From Spirochaetia bacterium (GTDB lineage: Bacteria > Spirochaetota > Spirochaetia > SZUA-6 > Bin103), in the NCBI GenBank assembly GCA_965203515.1, contig OZ241907.1, positions 1,632,001 through 1,696,000 of the forward strand: a DNA stretch of 64,000 nucleotides, in the 5' to 3' direction. Positions 36,875-45,379 of this stretch are shown here, piece by piece (position 1 is the stretch's first letter; each line of letters begins with the position of its first letter). A program made the translations under genes and the position numbers. A model generated the notes under the pieces. It was not told the origin of the DNA. It saw only the letters and a list, made by a program, of their open reading frames with translations, and searched no databases.

Positions 36875-36915
36875 GTGCTGCTGCTCGATACTCACATCCC
36901 ACTCGGTGGCTTGAA
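36875..36915 (+). pseudogene. First ~13 codons of a PIN/VapC toxin
   Basis: VLLLDTHI then frameshifted (W)WL, directly after the Phd stop. Confidence 0.7.
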
Positions 36916-36926
36916 TGGAGGACGAC

Positions 36927-37157
36927 ATGACGACTGACTCGGAATTACTCGGACGGATTACGGTGCGCACCGACGTGTTCGGCGGCAAGCCGATCATCCG
37001 CGACATGCGCATGGCAGTGGAACACGTCCTGGGGAAGCTTGCGGCAGGAGACACCGCAGAGACCATTCTCAGGGAGTATCCATTCCTGGAACCTGAAGAC
37101 ATACAGGCGTGTCTTCTGTTTGCCCATCGATCACTGTACGGCGAGCACGTGACATAA
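36927..37157 (+). CDS. DUF433 antitoxin-like protein
   Basis: RIT....FGGKPIIR.MR..VE.VL..LA.G...E.IL..YP.L..EDI.ACL; GGAGGA RBS. Confidence 0.9.
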   Translation: MTTDSELLGRITVRTDVFGGKPIIRDMRMAVEHVLGKLAAGDTAETILREYPFLEPEDIQACLLFAHRSLYGEHVT

Positions 37158-38398
37158 TGCTCAACCGATTGACCGTCCGCGGCTTCAAGTCGCTGCGCGA
37201 CGTCAGCGTCGATCTGCCGCGGCTGGCCGTGCTGTTCGGGCCCAATGCCGTGGGCAAGAGCAATCTGCTGGACGCCGTCCAGGCCCTCTCCTGGATGGGT
37301 AACTCGCGCACTTTGTATGACGCGCTTGGCGGTCCGCTGCCGGTACGCGGATACTCCTTCGAAGCCTTCTCCATCGGTCCCGACGGGCTGCCGGCGCTGC
37401 TGGAAAGAGGGTCTGCCCGATTCACGTTGGAGGCCGATCTCACCGCGGAGAAGGGCTGCTACCGCTATCGCATCGAGCCGGAGATGGACTTCAGATCGGG
37501 TCACCTGAGCGTTGCCGACGAATATCTGGCCCAACTGGGCGCTACCGGCCAACCCAAGGGAACGGCTGCCATCGAGCGCGTAGGCGCCAACCTCCACATC
37601 CGCCGCAAGGGGAAACCGGCGCACCCGCGGCAGGAGCCGGTCGGCCAGAATCACTCCATCCTGTCCGATCAAAGCCTGAGCGGCACCGGGTATCCCTGGC
37701 TGGAGCACACTCGGACGGAACTGCTGAACTGGCGCACCTACTACTTCGAGCCGCGGATAGGGATGCGCGCGGAACAGTCGCCGGCGGACGTGTTCGACAT
37801 CGGCATTCACGGAGAGTACGTCGCCGCGTTCCTCTACAAGCTCCGCGCCGAGCACCGCAAGCATTTCGATGCCGTCTCGCGCACCGTGCGCTCGATCGTA
37901 CCGAGCATCGAGTCGTTGAGCGTCGATCTGGACCAGCGGCGCGGTACATTGAATCTGATGATCCGCCAGGCAGGCGTCGAATACTCCTCGCGCGTCTTGT
38001 CGGAAGGCACGCTCCGAGCGCTCGCGCTCTGCACGGTCGCGTTGAATCCCTGGAGCGGTTCTCTGCTGACCCTGGAGGAGCCGGAGAATGGCGTTCATCC
38101 GCGGCGGATCGAACTGATCGCTCGGCTTCTATTCTCGCTTGCCGAACGACGCCAGATCGTCGTCACCACCCACTCCCCGCTGTTTGTCGATGCGATGCTG
38201 AAGGTGAAAAACGAGCTGTCCGAGCCTGGCGACGTCCGCCTGTTCAATGTTCGCCTCGCTTCGCACGGGACCGTAATCGAGCCCTTCGACGTATCCGGTG
38301 CACTGTTCAAGGATGCGGAGATCGTCCGCGCCCTCGCCAGCCGGGCGGAAGACGGCATGTTCGAGAGCCTGGCCCTGCGTGGGTTGATAGATGAGTGA
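37157..38398 (+). CDS. ABC-type (AAA_21/AAA_15) ATPase
   Basis: GFKSL, GPNAVGKSN, LSEGTLR, LEEPENGVHP, TTHSP. Confidence 0.9.
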   Translation: MLNRLTVRGFKSLRDVSVDLPRLAVLFGPNAVGKSNLLDAVQALSWMGNSRTLYDALGGPLPVRGYSFEAFSIGPDGLPALLERGSARFTLEADLTAEKGCYRYRIEPEMDFRSGHLSVADEYLAQLGATGQPKGTAAIERVGANLHIRRKGKPAHPRQEPVGQNHSILSDQSLSGTGYPWLEHTRTELLNWRTYYFEPRIGMRAEQSPADVFDIGIHGEYVAAFLYKLRAEHRKHFDAVSRTVRSIVPSIESLSVDLDQRRGTLNLMIRQAGVEYSSRVLSEGTLRALALCTVALNPWSGSLLTLEEPENGVHPRRIELIARLLFSLAERRQIVVTTHSPLFVDAMLKVKNELSEPGDVRLFNVRLASHGTVIEPFDVSGALFKDAEIVRALASRAEDGMFESLALRGLIDE

Positions 38399-38999
38399 CC
38401 CGTTCGTGGTGGACATCTTCGTCGAAGACCGTGCTCACGAGGAGTTCGTCAAGCCGCTGCTGACGCGGCTCGCTCGAGAAGAGAACATCGACGTATGGCC
38501 GCGCGTACGTTCCGCGACCGGCGGGCACGGACGAGCGGTCACCGAATTTAAGCTCTACCAGCGTTTCGCGGCGCAGAGCGGATTGAGCAGCACTCCCGCC
38601 GATCTGGTGGTGGTCGCCATCGACGGCAACTGCTCAACGTTCGTAGATGCACGGAAGCGCTTGCGCGACGCCGCGGAGCCGACGTTGCGTGACCGGCTCG
38701 TCGTCGCGTGTCCCGATCCACACGTGGAACGATGGTACGTTGCGGACCCTCAGTCGTTCGAGAGTATCGTGGGTCATCGCCCCGTCGTTGGCATCAGGAA
38801 GTGCGCCCGTGACCATTACAAGAAAATCCTGATCTCCGCGATTTCACAGGGCGGCCACCCGGTCGCCCTCGGAGGGGTGGAGTTCGCGCCGGAGCTGGTA
38901 GAAGCCATGGACCTCTACCGGGCCGGCAGGAACGATTCGTCGCTCAAGGCGTTCCTCGACGACTTGCGCGCCATACTGCGGCGCCGGACAACACGATAA
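38391..38999 (+). CDS. DUF4276-like / TOPRIM-fold putative nuclease
   Basis: IFVED, VVAIDGN, P.PHVERWY; overlaps the ATPase stop. Confidence 0.65.
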   Translation: MSDPFVVDIFVEDRAHEEFVKPLLTRLAREENIDVWPRVRSATGGHGRAVTEFKLYQRFAAQSGLSSTPADLVVVAIDGNCSTFVDARKRLRDAAEPTLRDRLVVACPDPHVERWYVADPQSFESIVGHRPVVGIRKCARDHYKKILISAISQGGHPVALGGVEFAPELVEAMDLYRAGRNDSSLKAFLDDLRAILRRRTTR

Positions 39000-39010
39000 G
39001 GACTGGGAAT

Positions 39011-41806
39011 ATGGCTCTGGAACCCTGGTATCGGGTCGTTACGCTGCGCAAGGAAGTGCGGGAGGGGCGTTCGTTCAGCCCGGACGAGTTCGCCATCGCG
39101 CTGGAGCAGGTGGTCGCCGGCACGGCGCCGGAGGACTACCGCGATCCGGCGCAGTTCTTCGCCCGCACCTGCTTCACGCGCGCGTTGCGGGAGCACGCCG
39201 GGATGGTGCTGCGGCGGCTGGCCGGCCGGAGCGGGAATACCGCGCCGGTCCTCACCCTCATCACCCAGTTCGGCGGCGGCAAGACGCATACCCTCACCGC
39301 GCTGTACCACCTCGCCAACACCGGGCCGGCCGCCGCGGGGCTCTCCGGGGTGGCCGGGCTGCTGCGCGCGGCCGGGTTGGCGGAGGTTCCCGCGGCCCGC
39401 GCCGGCGTATTCGTGGGCAACGCCTGGGACCCCACGCCCGGGCGGGAGACGCCCTGGATCGATCTGGCGCGCCAGCTTGCCGGTGACCGGGGCGTAGCCG
39501 CGCTCGGCGCCGCGGCCCACACTGCGCCGCCGGGAACCGAGGCGCTGGCGCGCCTGTTCGCCGCCGCCCGGGCGCCGGTGCTGCTGCTGTTCGACGAGGT
39601 GCTCAACTTCGTCAACCGCCACCGCGGCCTGGCCGAGCCCTTCCACGCCTTCCTGCAGAACCTGACGGTGGCGGTCACCGGCACCGCCGGCGCGGCCGCG
39701 GTCGTGAGCCTGCCGCGCAGCCAGGTGGAAATGACCGATTGGGACCAGCAGTGGCAGGACCGGATCACCAAGGTGGTGCGGCGCGTCGCCCGCGACCTGA
39801 TCGCCAACGACGAGTCGGAGATCAGCGAGGTGGTGCGCCGGCGGCTGTTCGAGGACCTGGGCGGCGAGCGGGTCCGCAAGAAGGTCGCCAAGACCTATGC
39901 CGAATGGTGCTTCGAGCGGTCCGCGCGCCTGCCGCCCGAATGGCTGGCGGTCGACACCGCGGCGACCGAATCCCGGGCGCGGGAGTTTCTGCGGAGCCGG
40001 TTCGCAGCCTGCTATCCGTTCCATCCGGCGACGCTGTCGGTCTTTCAACGCAAGTGGCGGGCGCTCGCCCAGTTCCAGCAGACGCGCGGCGCGCTGGCGA
40101 TGCTGGCGCAGTGGGTCTCGTGGGCCGCGCGCGAGCAGTTTCGCAAGGCGCGCACCGAGCCGCTGATCACGCTGGGATCGGCGCCGCTGGAGGTCCCGGA
40201 GTTCCGCGCCGTGCTCCTGGGCCAACTGGGCGAGAACCGGCTCGACGCGGCGATCGACGCCGACCTGGCCGGGCCGCTGGCGCATGCGCGGGCGCTCGAC
40301 GCCGACTCCGCCGGGGCGCTGCGCGACATCCACCGCCGCGCCGGCGCCGCCATCCTGTTCGAGTCGTCCGGCGGGCAGGTCGACAAGGTGGCCCACCTGC
40401 CGGAGTTGCGCTTCGCGCTCGGCGAGCCCGACCTGGAAACGACCACCATCGACAACGCCGCCGGCGCCCTGGAAGGGGCCGGCTTCTTCCTGCGCAAGGT
40501 GGGCACCGACGGCTACCGCATCCACCATCAGGCGACCCTGAAGAAAGTGGTCAGCGACCGGCGCGCGTCGCTCGACGAGGAGACCGAGATCAGACCGGCG
40601 CTGCGCAAGCTGGTCGCCGACGAGTTCAAGATCGGCGCGGCGCTGCCGGTGGCGTTCTTTCCGCAGGAGAGCGCCGCGCTTGCGGATTCGCCGCGCCTGG
40701 CGCTGGTCGTGCTGGACCCCGACGAGGAGTGGACGGAGGGCGACGGCATCGTCGAGCGCACCGGCCGCTGGACCCGCGAACGGGGCGGCTCGCCGCGGCT
40801 GTACCCCGGCTCGCTGGTCTGGTGCGCGCGCAAGCCGGGCCGCGAGCTGCGCCGCGCGGTCGAGCTGTGGCTCGCCTGGCAGCGCGTGGCGCACGAGTTG
40901 GACGAGGGCGTCCTGGGCGCCGAGTATGACCGCGCGGAGCGCGCCGGAGTCCGCGCCCAGGTCGCCGAGGCGCGCGCTGCGGCCCGGGAGGAGGTGTGGG
41001 CCGGCTACCGCTTCGTGGCGCTGGCCGACGGCCGCCAGCGGCTCGGCCTCAAGGTGATCGATCTCGGCGCCGGCCACGCCAGCGCCGGCGATACGCTGTG
41101 CGCCCGGGTGATCAACGTGTTGCAGGCGGAGGCGCTGCTGAACGAGTCGGTGGGCGCCGGTTACCTCGACCGCAACTGGCCGCCGGCGCTGCGGGAGGCC
41201 GGGGCGTGGCCGCTCACCGGTCTGCGCCAGAGCTTCCTCAACGGCACCCTGACGCGGCTGCTCGATACGGACGCGGTCCTGCGCCGGCAGATCGTCGCGT
41301 TCGTGGCGAACGGCGCCTTCGGCCTCGCCTCCGGCCGCCGCGACGACGGCAGCTTCCAACGGCTCTGGTACGCGGAGCCGGTCGCCCGCGAGGAAGTGGC
41401 CTTCGAAGCCGACGTCTTCCTGCTCACCAAGGCCGCGGCCGAAGCGCTCCGCCCCGGCCCCGACCGGCCGCGCCCGCCGCAACCCGGGCCGGCCCCGAAA
41501 CCGGACCCCGAACCCCGGCCCGATCCGCAGCCCGCGCCGCCCGGACCGCCCCCCCGGCGCCCCGCCGGCGCGGCCGACACGACCCTGCGGCTGGCCGGCA
41601 CCGTGCCGCCCGAAGTCTGGAACCGGCTGGGAACCCGGCTGCTGCCGAAGCTCCGGTCCGGCAAGGACCTCAGCGTCGGAATCGAGCTGTCGGTAACCGT
41701 CGACGCGCAGTCCGCCCCGAACCTGGAAACCGAGATGCGGCAGGCGTTGCAAGACCTCGGCCTGACCGACCGGGTTCGGGTCGAGGACTCGAACCCGCAC
41801 GCGTAG
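39011..41806 (+). CDS. DUF499 AAA+ ATPase
   Basis: Y.DP..FF.RT, TQFGGGKTH, LLFDEV, VVRRRLFE, YPFHP, FQQTRG.L; Pro-rich linker. Confidence 0.92.
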   Translation: MALEPWYRVVTLRKEVREGRSFSPDEFAIALEQVVAGTAPEDYRDPAQFFARTCFTRALREHAGMVLRRLAGRSGNTAPVLTLITQFGGGKTHTLTALYHLANTGPAAAGLSGVAGLLRAAGLAEVPAARAGVFVGNAWDPTPGRETPWIDLARQLAGDRGVAALGAAAHTAPPGTEALARLFAAARAPVLLLFDEVLNFVNRHRGLAEPFHAFLQNLTVAVTGTAGAAAVVSLPRSQVEMTDWDQQWQDRITKVVRRVARDLIANDESEISEVVRRRLFEDLGGERVRKKVAKTYAEWCFERSARLPPEWLAVDTAATESRAREFLRSRFAACYPFHPATLSVFQRKWRALAQFQQTRGALAMLAQWVSWAAREQFRKARTEPLITLGSAPLEVPEFRAVLLGQLGENRLDAAIDADLAGPLAHARALDADSAGALRDIHRRAGAAILFESSGGQVDKVAHLPELRFALGEPDLETTTIDNAAGALEGAGFFLRKVGTDGYRIHHQATLKKVVSDRRASLDEETEIRPALRKLVADEFKIGAALPVAFFPQESAALADSPRLALVVLDPDEEWTEGDGIVERTGRWTRERGGSPRLYPGSLVWCARKPGRELRRAVELWLAWQRVAHELDEGVLGAEYDRAERAGVRAQVAEARAAAREEVWAGYRFVALADGRQRLGLKVIDLGAGHASAGDTLCARVINVLQAEALLNESVGAGYLDRNWPPALREAGAWPLTGLRQSFLNGTLTRLLDTDAVLRRQIVAFVANGAFGLASGRRDDGSFQRLWYAEPVAREEVAFEADVFLLTKAAAEALRPGPDRPRPPQPGPAPKPDPEPRPDPQPAPPGPPPRRPAGAADTTLRLAGTVPPEVWNRLGTRLLPKLRSGKDLSVGIELSVTVDAQSAPNLETEMRQALQDLGLTDRVRVEDSNPHA

Positions 41807-41817
41807 AGGCGCTAATT

Positions 41818-41945
41818 ATGGAAAGGGACAGCAAGGTATCTGTTCAATCGCCGTGCAGGGTTTCAAGTCCCTTGCAAAGGAGAGCCGCATCGAGATTCGC
41901 CCGCTCACGATCCTGGCGGGCGCCAACAGCTCCGGCAAGTCAGTC
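41818..41945 (+). pseudogene. N-terminal remnant of a second ABC/AAA_15 ATPase
   Basis: Frameshifted GICSIAVQGFKSLAKESRIEIRPLTILAGANSSGKS, ending just after Walker A. Confidence 0.75.
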
Positions 41946-42025
41946 CGGGCGCGTGCGGCGCGCGGATTGGAGATCCGCTGAAATTTCCGGAGGACCTTCC
42001 GCACGTCGGAGTCAGCTTGCACACG

Positions 42026-42916
42026 ATGCTTGAACCATACCCCATCATGGCAGTACGTTTGGAGTGGGCTCTCGACGACGAAGATATGGGGACCAAGCGC
42101 AAGTTCTGGTACGAATGGCCGTCACCGGATGAGAAGTGGCTGTTCAAGTATCCCCGACCGGATACCGGTGAGCACTGGGCCGAAAAGATAGCCGCTGAAA
42201 TCGCCCGGCTGCTCGACATTCCGCACGCACGGGTCGAGTTGGCGACCTGCCACGGGCAACGTGGATCGGCAACCAAATCGTTCAGACACGAGAAGCAGAA
42301 ATTGATCCACGGGAATCAGCTCCTAAGGGTCTTCGTCGCCGGCTACGACCCTGGAAGGTCCTTTCATCATTCGAGTCATACAATCGAGAATATCTGGTCA
42401 GTCATGGACGACATCTTTGCGGATACACGGAGCGCACAGCGGGCGAGAGTCCGCGTCGCGGAATACCTGGTCCTCGATGCCTTGATCGGCAATACCGATC
42501 GTCACCACGAAAACTGGGGCGTATTGGCGGAGATCATCGACAATCAATTGCGCGGTACCATAGCGCCATCGTTCGATCATGCCTCTTCGTTAGGCCGGGA
42601 GCTGCAGGACACGCACCGCGATCGACTACTGGCAGAGCACCGGGTCGACAACTACGTCGAAAAGGGACAAGGGGCGATCTTCCGATCGGCTGAAGAACAC
42701 CATGGGCCGAGCCCGCTGCAACTGGTAAGGTACGGCTTCAAGTCTCACCGCGAGTCGTTCCTCCCGGCATTGCGGAAGATCGAGAATCTGGATCGGAATG
42801 CGGTGCGTGAAACAGTACATCGCGTACCTGGCGAGTGGATGTCTTGTTCCGAAAGGAGATTCGCCATCGAGATGATGACCTATGGTCACGCACAATTACA
42901 GGAGCTATACCGATGA
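42026..42916 (+). CDS. HipA-superfamily Ser/Thr kinase
   Basis: GTKRKFW, WLFK, GEHWAEKIA, DALIGNTDRHHENWG, APSFDHASSLG. Confidence 0.88.
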   Translation: MLEPYPIMAVRLEWALDDEDMGTKRKFWYEWPSPDEKWLFKYPRPDTGEHWAEKIAAEIARLLDIPHARVELATCHGQRGSATKSFRHEKQKLIHGNQLLRVFVAGYDPGRSFHHSSHTIENIWSVMDDIFADTRSAQRARVRVAEYLVLDALIGNTDRHHENWGVLAEIIDNQLRGTIAPSFDHASSLGRELQDTHRDRLLAEHRVDNYVEKGQGAIFRSAEEHHGPSPLQLVRYGFKSHRESFLPALRKIENLDRNAVRETVHRVPGEWMSCSERRFAIEMMTYGHAQLQELYR

Positions 42917-43695
42917 GTGAACGGACGTTGTTTCTAGCGTGGCAGGACCACTCGAGCCGTCACTGGTTCCCGGTAGGTCGCCTGGATGCCGACGTCGGCA
43001 AGGCTTCCTATCGCTTTCGCTATATCGGCGGCGCGAAGCGTGCCAAGCAGGAGGTCGGATTTCCACCTTTGTGGGATTTTCCCGATCTGCATGGCGACTA
43101 CCTGTCGCAGGATCTGTTTCCGCTCTTTCAGAACCGGGTCATGAACCGTAAACGGCCCGATTTTGCGGACTACCTGCGCAGTCTGGATCTGTCGCAGGAA
43201 GCCGACTCCATCGAGATTCTATCGGCAAACGGAGGCCGCCGGGAAACGGACTCCTACGAGGTCTTTCCAAAGATCGAAACCGACGACGCCGGACGCTTCC
43301 GCTGTCGGTTCTTTCTGCATGGATCGCGGTACGTGGAAGCGGCAGCGCAGGAGCGTATCGGGTGTTTGCGCGATCATGAACCGCTCCACGTAACCGTGGA
43401 GCGAACAAATCCGGCGACCGGCTTGGCAGTACAGATCCGGACCATGGACGACCACAAGATCGGATGGTCACCGAACTATCTCGCGCGCGATCTTGCTAAC
43501 GCCATAGCTGAACGGCCGGACGACCACCGTGCGATGGTCGTCCGGCTCAATCGGCCGCCAGTGCCTATGAATAAGCGAGTGTTGATCGAAGTGCGGGGAA
43601 GGTTGGGAAACCACGAACCGATGAGCAGCAGCGATTTCATCCCACTGGTGACTGACGACGACGGCGCTGCGGCGAAGCCGGAGCCGGCTACTTGA
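42913..43695 (+). CDS. HipS-like + HIRAN domain protein
   Basis: LAWQD...W.PVGRL, LFPLFQNRVM..KRPDF, FFLHG.RY, IGWSPNYL; ATGA coupling. Confidence 0.8.
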   Translation: MSERTLFLAWQDHSSRHWFPVGRLDADVGKASYRFRYIGGAKRAKQEVGFPPLWDFPDLHGDYLSQDLFPLFQNRVMNRKRPDFADYLRSLDLSQEADSIEILSANGGRRETDSYEVFPKIETDDAGRFRCRFFLHGSRYVEAAAQERIGCLRDHEPLHVTVERTNPATGLAVQIRTMDDHKIGWSPNYLARDLANAIAERPDDHRAMVVRLNRPPVPMNKRVLIEVRGRLGNHEPMSSSDFIPLVTDDDGAAAKPEPAT

Positions 43696-44524
43696 AATAG
43701 TCCTCGCTCACGTAGCGCTTCTCGGCGTGGCGGCGCTGCGGGCCGATCAGGCGCAACAGGCGCTCGCTGGCGCCGGCCATCAACTCCGGCGGCATGGCGT
43801 GACGGATATAGGCGTTATAGCGCAGAAATCCCCACTCCGATCCATACTGCGACTGCAGCAGGTAGCGCACCCGGTCGGAGTCGTTGGGCGCGCCGCGGTG
43901 CCAGCACTGCGGATCGTGCAGGTAGATGTCCCCGGCCTTGCAGTAGATCGACTGCGGCCCATTCCCCTCGAATTCCGGCGTCCCTTCCCTCTGCGGCTTG
44001 CGGCCCGAGTAGTGGCTGCCCGGTACGTACTGCGTCGGGCCGTGCTCGATCCGCTCGATGTCGGACAGCGCCATCTGCACGGTGAGCCAGTACACCGGCA
44101 TCCGGATGCGCGGATCGTGGCGCGGCACGTCGTCGGGCAACGGAAAGAACAGGTCGTCGTCCACGTGCCAATGCTCGATCGCCACGCCGCGGCCGCTGCG
44201 CAGCACGTTCATCCCGCACTGCTGCATGCGGTTGCCGAACAGGGTCGCCATCAGGCTATGGATCGGCTCGCGCACCAGCAGGTCCAGGAAGATCGGATCG
44301 AGCTCGTTGACGTGGCGCAGGATGCGGTCGTCCTGCACGTAGCCGCCGGCGATCGTCGCCTCGTCGGCCATGTAGCGGTCGGTCGCCTCGCGAAGCGCCG
44401 CGACCTCCTCCTCGTCCAGGACGCCGCCGATCACGCAGAACCCGTCGCGCCGGAAGTCGGCCAGTATCCGCTCGGTCCGCTCCGCGTCGAACGGCCGTCC
44501 CGCTCTGATCGCCGAGCGGCTCAC
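43688..44524 (-). CDS. Phytanoyl-CoA dioxygenase (PhyH) family
   Basis: WHVD, GPTQYVPGSH, WHRGAPN. Confidence 0.9.
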   Translation of the reverse strand: MSRSAIRAGRPFDAERTERILADFRRDGFCVIGGVLDEEEVAALREATDRYMADEATIAGGYVQDDRILRHVNELDPIFLDLLVREPIHSLMATLFGNRMQQCGMNVLRSGRGVAIEHWHVDDDLFFPLPDDVPRHDPRIRMPVYWLTVQMALSDIERIEHGPTQYVPGSHYSGRKPQREGTPEFEGNGPQSIYCKAGDIYLHDPQCWHRGAPNDSDRVRYLLQSQYGSEWGFLRYNAYIRHAMPPELMAGASERLLRLIGPQRRHAEKRYVSEDYFK

Positions 44525-45309
44525 AGCGCCAGCACCTGATTGTCCATCGCTTCGATCCTCCTGGCCTCCTCATAGTGGTCGACGGTCACCGCGCCGCCGC
44601 CGGCGACCGGCGTCGGCCGCCGGATCACCATCTCCGCGAACGCCGGCCGGTTGAAGGCCGCGAACGCCAGCTCGAACACCGACACCAGCAGCCCCTGCTC
44701 GCGCTCGCGCGTGAAGTCCGGGAGCAGGATCGGACCGGTGTCGGTCTGGAACACGCCGTCGCGCGGATTGACGTTCATGGTCTTGACCGGATGGTCGATG
44801 CGCACGTGATAGCCGGCGTCCCGGTACTGCAGCCGCGCCACCAGCGGGCGCTGCGCGTACGTGGCGTCGATGATGCGCTCGGTGGAGTCCATGACCTCGC
44901 CGTCGGTCTCCCGGACCCGGAGCTCGAAGTCGCTGAACAGATCGGCGGTGAGCCCCACCTGACGTTCGGGCTGGCGCCCGAGCGATGGCGGTTCCAGCAT
45001 CACCTCGGTCTGATTGGTGATCCAGCTCTTCAGGATCATGATTTCCGATTCGCAGGCTACCGGACAGAAGTCGGCGTTGGGGTGCAACCACAGATCGCGG
45101 TCCGGCCCTACGATCTCGCTCTTGCAGGCCGCGCCCAGCACGTAGCGGTGCGTGGCGCCGTCGGCCGCGGTCAGCGTGCAGACGCTTTCCAGTTGGATGC
45201 GCGCGGCGTTGAACCGGTACGGAGCCGGGTGCGACCGGGTCCGGGGCCGCTTGCGGTCGTCGTCGCTGGTGAAGGTCAGGAAGCTGCGCTGGAAATCCGG
45301 TACCCGCAT
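44521..45309 (-). CDS. Hypothetical protein
   Basis: Long ORF with host codon bias; GTGA overlap with the downstream PhyH gene. Confidence 0.7.
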   Translation of the reverse strand: MRVPDFQRSFLTFTSDDDRKRPRTRSHPAPYRFNAARIQLESVCTLTAADGATHRYVLGAACKSEIVGPDRDLWLHPNADFCPVACESEIMILKSWITNQTEVMLEPPSLGRQPERQVGLTADLFSDFELRVRETDGEVMDSTERIIDATYAQRPLVARLQYRDAGYHVRIDHPVKTMNVNPRDGVFQTDTGPILLPDFTREREQGLLVSVFELAFAAFNRPAFAEMVIRRPTPVAGGGAVTVDHYEEARRIEAMDNQVLAL

Positions 45310-45379
45310 CGACGCCGATGCTACGCCGCCGGCCCCCATCCGGCAACCGACCGTCCGAATGCTATAGTGCGCCTCCGTC

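Noticed and set aside
41450..41580. Pro-rich low-complexity stretch as a separate repeat element
   Set aside because: In-frame linker typical of DUF499 proteins
24399..41806. Calling the island BREX or DISARM
   Set aside because: No recognisable pglZ, brxA/B/L or drmA/B/C genes; only the helicase, DUF1156 and DUF499 core is present
16874..43695. tRNA-Asn-integrated element with attL/attR
   Set aside because: I found no integrase and no second copy of the tRNA 3' end by eye; a fucosidase separates mcrBC from the main island
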